From positions 1-49,318 of the forward strand of contig JACPLC010000003.1 of NCBI GenBank assembly GCA_016186695.1: 49,318 nucleotides of DNA, read 5' to 3'. Below the pieces are notes generated by a model. The model saw only the letters and a program-made list of their open reading frames with translations, had not been told where the DNA came from and did no database searches. Source of the DNA: Candidatus Kaiserbacteria bacterium (GTDB lineage Bacteria; Patescibacteriota; Minisyncoccia; Phycocordibacterales; UBA2100). Position numbers and translations under genes: made by a program. Shown here in pieces: positions 47,066 to 49,318 of the stretch; positions within the stretch are counted from its first letter, which is position 1, and each line of letters begins with the position of its first letter.

Positions 47066-47524
47066 CTACTCAACGACGATAACCTTGCCGAATTTCTGCG
47101 TGCCCAAATGGTCGTGGTAGTTCCACGTACCTACCTTCTGGAACGTAAAGCTGTAGGTGCCGGTGCTTCCCGCACACTGATCGAATGCTGCTCCCGTAGC
47201 ATCAGGGCAGTGCTCTTCACGCGACGTGCCGGCATATACCATGTGCGAAGGGTGTTGTGCCGAGGCGACCCACATCTGCCCACCGCTTGAATTTGTCCAC
47301 GTAACAGTACCTCCCTTCTTGATGGTCACTTCCGCAGGACTAAATCCGCTCGCGGAATAGGTGACCGCCGCGGACATCGGCGCGCCGGACGGCGTCGGAG
47401 TTGGCGTTGGCGACGGAGTTTCTGTCGGGGTCGGTGTCCCGCCTGTGCCAAGACCACCCTGCCACACCAAGTACCCGCCTCCAAGGATAATTACGATAAC
47501 AATAGCCCAAATAAAATTTTTCAT
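47066..47524 (-). CDS. Membrane-anchored cupredoxin-like protein
   Basis: TM helix, PT-rich linker, FSPAEVTIKKGGTVTWTN, HPSH, FTFQKVGTWNYHDH. Confidence 0.8.
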   Translation of the reverse strand: MKNFIWAIVIVIILGGGYLVWQGGLGTGGTPTPTETPSPTPTPTPSGAPMSAAVTYSASGFSPAEVTIKKGGTVTWTNSSGGQMWVASAQHPSHMVYAGTSREEHCPDATGAAFDQCAGSTGTYSFTFQKVGTWNYHDHLGTQKFGKVIVVE

Positions 47525-47571
47525 ATGCGCTGTAAACCTAGTAATAAGATGAATAGTATACCATATCGATC

Positions 47572-48207
47572 CTAAGCCAATTTTTGAGCTGCAAATTCAC
47601 GTCCATGGCCAATATCGGTGTTCACCGGAATTCCTTTTTTGCAAAGCTCGCAATCCGCCGTTTCCCACGATTCGAGGTGCAGATTTACCAGCGATTGGAA
47701 TTCGTCAGGGTTCCCGACCTGCTCTTTCGTGACCCCGCCGCGATTCACGATGGCGATCGCACCGACGACGTTTCCCCCCGCGGCGCGCACTGTCTCGACG
47801 ACCTTCTTGATCGAGCCGCCGGTCGTCGTGAGATCTTCGACGACGAGAACACGCTTCCCTTTTACAATCTGGTCGTAGCCACGCTTGAGAATGAATCCCC
47901 CCTGTCCGTCTTTGTCGGCGTAGGCTCCGTAGACCTCCTCTCCGCGCATATCGGTGAGGTGGTAGGCGACCCATTGTGAAAGAATGGCTGCGCCGATCGC
48001 GGGACCGACAACAACCTCAATACCCTTCTTTGCAAATCGCTCCGCCATCGCTTTGCACAGGTGCGAGGTGTCGTGGGTGTACGGGTAGAGTGCGTCTTTG
48101 TTGACGTAGGAGTCGCTGTGTCTGCCTGACGTAAAGACGAAATGGCCGCTGCGAAATGCGCCTACCTTTTGGAGAAGATCGAGGACTTCGGATTCAGTCA
48201 TGGTCAT
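47572..48207 (-). CDS. pyrE: Orotate phosphoribosyltransferase
   Basis: GHFVFTSGRHS, VLVVEDLTTTGGS. Confidence 0.93.
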   Translation of the reverse strand: MTMTESEVLDLLQKVGAFRSGHFVFTSGRHSDSYVNKDALYPYTHDTSHLCKAMAERFAKKGIEVVVGPAIGAAILSQWVAYHLTDMRGEEVYGAYADKDGQGGFILKRGYDQIVKGKRVLVVEDLTTTGGSIKKVVETVRAAGGNVVGAIAIVNRGGVTKEQVGNPDEFQSLVNLHLESWETADCELCKKGIPVNTDIGHGREFAAQKLA

Positions 48208-48216
48208 AGGAGCATA

Positions 48217-49047
48217 CTACATCCCTTTCCTAATCCTCTCGTGAAGTTCTTGTGCTCTCGTTCGGGCGACCTCGGCAAAGTCGCTCCCACGCGAGGCAAA
48301 AATGATAGAGCGTGAGGCATTCACGATGAGACCGCGGTTGCGACTATCGCGTCCCATCTTAAGCGTCTTTTCGAGGTCGCCGTCCTGTGCTCCGATGCCT
48401 GCGACCAAAATCGGCATGTCACCCACAATAGTGCGGACTTCCCCGAGCTCCTCGGGATATGTTGCGCCAACGAAAATGCAGCAATTGCCTTTCTCATTCC
48501 ATCGCGTCGCGGCGGAACGTGCCACGTGTTTGTATAACTCCTCGCCACCGTCGACAGAGAGATTCTGAAACTCTCTCGCGCCCGGATTTGAGGTATGACA
48601 GAGCACAATGACACCTTTGTCCTCGCGGTCAAAAAAAGGTTTCAGCGGCTCCGCGCCAAGATACGGGTTCACCGTAATTGCGTCCGCGCGCAAATATTCG
48701 AAGGCGGAGATCGCGTACTGCTCGTTCGTGGATACGATGTCGGCACGTTTCGCGTCAAGAATTACCGGTACGTCGGGCGCGACGTCGAGAATGTATGAGA
48801 TGGTCTCCCGCAGTGCGGCAAATCCCTCGTCGCCACGGGCTTCGTAGAAGGCGGGGTTTGGTTTGTAGGCACAGACGAGATCCTTCGTCGCATCAACGAT
48901 GGCGCGGTTGAAGGCGACGATGGTCGCACGCGTATCTTCTTTCCGTACCGCCTCGGGGAGCTTCTCTATGTTGCTATCGAGTCCCACGCACAAAAATTTG
49001 CCTTCGTCCCATTTGGTTTCCAGAAGCTCCCGGAAATCGCGGCTCAT
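48217..49047 (-). CDS. pyrF: Orotidine-5'-phosphate decarboxylase (type 2)
   Basis: LCVGLD, YKPN, LDAKRADI, TVNPYLG, TSNPG, VGAT, GIGAQ, NASRSI. Confidence 0.95.
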   Translation of the reverse strand: MSRDFRELLETKWDEGKFLCVGLDSNIEKLPEAVRKEDTRATIVAFNRAIVDATKDLVCAYKPNPAFYEARGDEGFAALRETISYILDVAPDVPVILDAKRADIVSTNEQYAISAFEYLRADAITVNPYLGAEPLKPFFDREDKGVIVLCHTSNPGAREFQNLSVDGGEELYKHVARSAATRWNEKGNCCIFVGATYPEELGEVRTIVGDMPILVAGIGAQDGDLEKTLKMGRDSRNRGLIVNASRSIIFASRGSDFAEVARTRAQELHERIRKGM

Positions 49048-49076
49048 TGGGCTCCATCCTACCACGGCCCCTGTAC

Positions 49077-49137
49077 AAAAAGGAAAGCCGGCGGGTCCCG
49101 AGAGAATGCAATACTCTCTGGAAACCCCGCCGGTTTC
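49077..49137 (-). terminator. Hairpin with T-tract upstream of pyrF
   Basis: Minus strand GAAACCGGCGGG...CCCGCCGGCTTTC then CTTTTT. Confidence 0.6.
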
Positions 49138-49145
49138 ACTACGCT

Positions 49146-49316
49146 TCAGTCGTCCTTCTTTCCCGCTTCAAAGGCAGGCTTAAAAACATCCCTGCCGGTG
49201 GTGGCGGGTCTTGCCGAGGCCTTAGTTTTTTCAACCTCAGCTGACGGCTTGACGTAGGTCGGTGAATCTGCCGGCCCAGGACTCAACTCGACTCGCGAAG
49301 TCGACGGCTTGAGTGG
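49146..49316 (-). CDS. Possible C-terminus of a gene entering from beyond the window
   Basis: Open frame PLKPSTS...AFEAGKKDD* stops just before the hairpin; another frame is also open for 26 codons. Confidence 0.35.
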   Translation of the reverse strand, partial: PLKPSTSRVELSPGPADSPTYVKPSAEVEKTKASARPATTGRDVFKPAFEAGKKDD

Positions 49317-49318
49317 AG

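Noticed and set aside
49077-49137. PyrR-type attenuator upstream of pyrF
   Set aside because: No PyrR-binding motif was recognised, and the hairpin directly follows a probable upstream stop codon, so a plain terminator is the simpler explanation.

Overview
This window looks like a core chromosomal segment of a Patescibacteria (CPR) bacterium of Parcubacteria type. The taxon is inferred from the compact DnaX, IF-2, S1 and RSH proteins, tandem VirB2/TrbC-like pilins, and TGA used as stop alongside a tRNA-Trp(CCA). Housekeeping genes include dnaX, dus, an ftsQ-like gene, serS, dprA, topA, an RSH, parB, miaA, rpmG (missed by the ORF track), clpB, iscS, infB, rbfA, gyrA, rpsA, pth, lepB, rpsU, ybeY, ftsA, ftsZ, trxB, a half purH, pyrE and pyrF, plus eight tRNAs. 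The notable content is a layer of small structured elements. (1) A conserved ~140-nt element lies behind two unrelated tRNAs (Leu-CAA and Lys-CTT). Each copy is bracketed by a 19-bp duplication of its own tRNA 3' end and carries a variable internal segment complementary to that tRNA's T-arm. (2) A hairpin/inverted-repeat cassette carries a GIY-YIG nuclease upstream of rpmG and occurs empty upstream of serS. (3) A REP-associated HUH transposase has its palindrome on both flanks and inside its own ORF. (4) An HTH/LAGLIDADG-like ORF sits between a promoter and a non-canonical tRNA-Tyr. (5) There are heptamer tandem/inverted repeats, and palindromes read in frame within housekeeping genes. All calls come from manual motif reading; no database searches were run.
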